A stretch of DNA of 64,000 nt, from contig JAZURI010000003.1 of assembly GCA_045606105.1 (NCBI GenBank), positions 128,001-192,000 of the forward strand, written 5' to 3'. The translations under genes were made by a program, and so were the position numbers. Position 1 is the first letter of the stretch. Each line of letters starts with the position of its first letter. Below, piece after piece: positions 61,332-64,000 of the stretch. The stretch is from Spirochaetia bacterium. GTDB lineage: Bacteria > Spirochaetota > Spirochaetia > CADAEX01. The notes under the pieces are model-generated. The model searched no databases. It had not been told where the DNA came from and saw only the letters and a list, made by a program, of their open reading frames with translations.

Positions 61332-64000
61332 TGATAAGGAAACTTCTGACCTTACTTTTTATTGTCTCATTTCTGCTGGTTTGTCCGGTGCTGTTCGGTC
61401 AGGAGGAGGATTCCCTTTATTACAAGACTATTGAAAAGGATATCAGGCTTGCAGGCTATTCGGAGCTGGTGGAGTGGTGCCGTACAGTGGGAATTGCCGA
61501 GAACGGAAGCATAGAGGAGCTTCGTAAGAGGCTTCTTGCCCATTTCAACGCAGAGGAAGAAACTGTTACCGAAAAGAAGGGTGATACCTTCATTATCCGC
61601 AGTGCAGACAAGACCAGATACTTCAATATAGAAAATAATGATGAAAATTATATCACCATCAGCGGCAATATAATCCTGGAGGTAAACGAAGAGGAAAAGA
61701 AAATCTCCCATGAGATCCAGGCCGACAAGCTGATATACAACCAGAAGCAGCAGCTTATGACTGCAGATGGAAATGTAATATATTCAAGAAAGACCGGAGA
61801 AAAGGAAGAAAAATATTTCGGAGACAAGCTTACCTTCAACCTGGAGGACTGGAGCGGGGTATTTTTCAACGGTATATCCGAGAAGAACATAGAAATGAAC
61901 CAGAACGAGGTTACCTTCTTCTATTCCGGAGAGCGTATCTTCAAGTCGGGCAAGGATGTTTCGGTCATGGAGAATGCAGTCATCACCTCCTCGGAGGACC
62001 CGGACAACTCCTACTACCGTCTCAAGGCCAGGAAGATATGGCTCATGGCTCCCGGTGAGTGGGGAGTCCGCAATGCGGTGCTGTATGTAGGAAATGTTCC
62101 TATGTTCTATTTCCCGTTCTTCTTCAAGCCGGGAGACAGGTTTGTAATGAGACCTTCCATCGGATATCAGGAGCCTAGAGGTCATTTTCTTCAGACCACC
62201 ACCTATTTCTACGGTGAGCCTTCCGGGGAAGAGGAAAATCTCTCCTTCCTGGCCGCCTCCGATGCCGAGGACCGTCTGTATGAAAAGGAGCTGAACGGTC
62301 TTTATCTCAGGAGAACCGACAGGCTCAAGGAAAACCCTGATGATACCTCCTATGTCAAGCTTCTTCTCGATGCCTATTACAATCTGGGTCTCTACGCAGC
62401 CCTTCAGGGAGATATTTCTGCCAGAGGCTATGTGGAGGATACAGACTTCTATTTCGGTCTGGCCAGAACCAGAAATGTATATAATCAGGGGGGGCTTTAT
62501 ACACCGTTCTATGAATACGAGGACGGCAGCCATGATGACTACTGGAACCGGGCTTATCTGGGAAGCCATGAGATTCCTTTCAGATTCGGTCTTGAGTTCA
62601 ATACCGGCTTTGAGTTCGGATTCTTCAAATCCGATGTCTCCTTTAACTTCTATTCAGACCCGTTTCTCCTGGACCTTCAGGAAAACAGAAGCGAAAACAT
62701 GAACTGGGCCAAGCTGCTCGGTATGGAGGATGAGGTTGAAGAAAACGAATCCTACGATTTTTCCGGTGTGAGAGAGCGTCTCTACTGGCTTATCCATACT
62801 GAAATGAAGCCTGAAATCGATTTTCTGGAGCCTTATTTCAACATCAATGTGAAGAAATTCGACTTTTATATGAACTGGAAAAGCAAGGAGCGGGATTTTA
62901 CCGGAATCAGGGGATTGGATTCAGGCATGAATCGTTATATAACAAGCTCTGCCTCCACAGACCATTTTTTCCCGGAATCCCATTTCTACTATCCTGAAAA
63001 CTATGTACTTCCCGACCTCTCCTTTACTGTATCGGGAACCATATTTGACCGTACCTATAACGGAAGCGACAGCCGCAACAATTTAAAGAGCGAAAAGGAA
63101 GATAAGGAGAAAGAGGAGATTGAAGAGGATACCGACAGACAGGAAAACAAGATGAAGGATCCTTTTGAGGAGGAACGGGACAAGGAGCCTTTTGAAGAGG
63201 ATAACCACGACACCCTGATTTTCCCGGCTATGCTCAGCGATATCCCTATAACCCTTTATTCCGACAGGAACACCTTCTCGCACAACTTCAGCTATACGAT
63301 TTCACCGAATTTCATCGTGGACCACAGAATGGAGGAAACTAACGTAAAAGCTCCCGAAGAGGTGGATTTCGAGCGTTATTATACTATCATGAGAACCTAT
63401 GGAGAGGGAAAGCTTTCCTATGAAGCCAATGTGTTTGATACCCTTTTCTCTTTCAATAACGATATCATTTTCAAGGGAGAATACAGGAAGCATACCGACC
63501 GTTCCGATACCATTACAGATGCGGAATGGGACAGTTTCAAAAATCAGGATTATACATCTTCCAAATACAACATAGAAAATGATTTCATCTTCAAGACCAT
63601 GCCTCTGTACATGTTCGACAAGATTTCACAGAGCTATATTTCCTACCGGCTTGATACCATCCTGCTGAAGAAGGAATTCACCAAGATAGACGAGAATGAC
63701 GATCCGATATACAATGACTATTATTTTGAATGGGAAAAGGAATTTTTCAAACATAACGAAGGGGAGGTTTTCCTCAGTTATCTCTCTCCGTGGAACCAGT
63801 TCCAGACCAGCCGTGTAAAGACAGTATTCGGCCCTCTGAACAGGGAGCTGGAAAACGAGAATATTTTCAGGACCGGCCTTTTCACCACCAGCACATTCTT
63901 CAGGATGATGGAGAACGACAACAATGATATCACCTACGAGCCCTTTATCCTTAAGGAGAGACTGGCATACAACGACAGCTATCTTCAGGCCCTGATGAAA
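61331..64000 (+). CDS. lptD: LPS-assembly protein LptD-like outer-membrane protein (spirochaete type), 3' end outside window
   Basis: Not in the ORF track. ATG 61331 overlaps the uvrA stop. Manual translation gives [14 protein letters not shown]...ELVEWCRTVG...EELRKRL and KARKIWLMAPGEW.VRNAVLYVGNVPMFYFPFF. uvrA-lptD adjacency matches Treponema and Borrelia. Confidence 0.8.
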   Translation, partial: MIRKLLTLLFIVSFLLVCPVLFGQEEDSLYYKTIEKDIRLAGYSELVEWCRTVGIAENGSIEELRKRLLAHFNAEEETVTEKKGDTFIIRSADKTRYFNIENNDENYITISGNIILEVNEEEKKISHEIQADKLIYNQKQQLMTADGNVIYSRKTGEKEEKYFGDKLTFNLEDWSGVFFNGISEKNIEMNQNEVTFFYSGERIFKSGKDVSVMENAVITSSEDPDNSYYRLKARKIWLMAPGEWGVRNAVLYVGNVPMFYFPFFFKPGDRFVMRPSIGYQEPRGHFLQTTTYFYGEPSGEEENLSFLAASDAEDRLYEKELNGLYLRRTDRLKENPDDTSYVKLLLDAYYNLGLYAALQGDISARGYVEDTDFYFGLARTRNVYNQGGLYTPFYEYEDGSHDDYWNRAYLGSHEIPFRFGLEFNTGFEFGFFKSDVSFNFYSDPFLLDLQENRSENMNWAKLLGMEDEVEENESYDFSGVRERLYWLIHTEMKPEIDFLEPYFNINVKKFDFYMNWKSKERDFTGIRGLDSGMNRYITSSASTDHFFPESHFYYPENYVLPDLSFTVSGTIFDRTYNGSDSRNNLKSEKEDKEKEEIEEDTDRQENKMKDPFEEERDKEPFEEDNHDTLIFPAMLSDIPITLYSDRNTFSHNFSYTISPNFIVDHRMEETNVKAPEEVDFERYYTIMRTYGEGKLSYEANVFDTLFSFNNDIIFKGEYRKHTDRSDTITDAEWDSFKNQDYTSSKYNIENDFIFKTMPLYMFDKISQSYISYRLDTILLKKEFTKIDENDDPIYNDYYFEWEKEFFKHNEGEVFLSYLSPWNQFQTSRVKTVFGPLNRELENENIFRTGLFTTSTFFRMMENDNNDITYEPFILKERLAYNDSYLQALMK

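Noticed and set aside
61784-62702. ORFs 61784-62569 (-) and 62340-62702 (+)
   Set aside because: Shadows within the long LptD-like ORF that starts at 61331 and runs off the window.

Overview
A gene-dense chromosomal segment, most likely from a free-living or gut spirochaete (Spirochaetales). The assignment rests on spirochaete-type synteny (uvrA-lptD, gap-pgk-tpiA-secG, PPIase-nusB) and a type-2 IleRS. Most of the window is housekeeping: yajC-secDF, glycolysis, murB/murC, hisHF, lysC/asd/argA, recN, uvrA and transporters. It also carries a complete six-gene mevalonate operon and a tRNA with a CAT anticodon. The most unusual signal is a REP-associated tyrosine transposase (RAYT, HUH family) at 12473-12946 together with a non-palindromic motif, GGGGACAGAGG followed by A/T. 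I found 20 exact copies of the 11-mer by eye (about 0.03 expected by chance) plus 2 copies of the 10-mer core. The motif occurs as a tandem pair upstream of the RAYT, as a perfect palindrome downstream of it, and as single copies inside unrelated intact genes in all three frames, densest within about 11 kb of the RAYT. Other notable items are a catalytically eroded AroE-AroK fusion, about 10 genes with leaderless promoter architecture (-35/N16-17/-10/N6-7/ATG), and a truncated ferredoxin-partner gene. All calls come from reading motifs by eye; no database searches were run.
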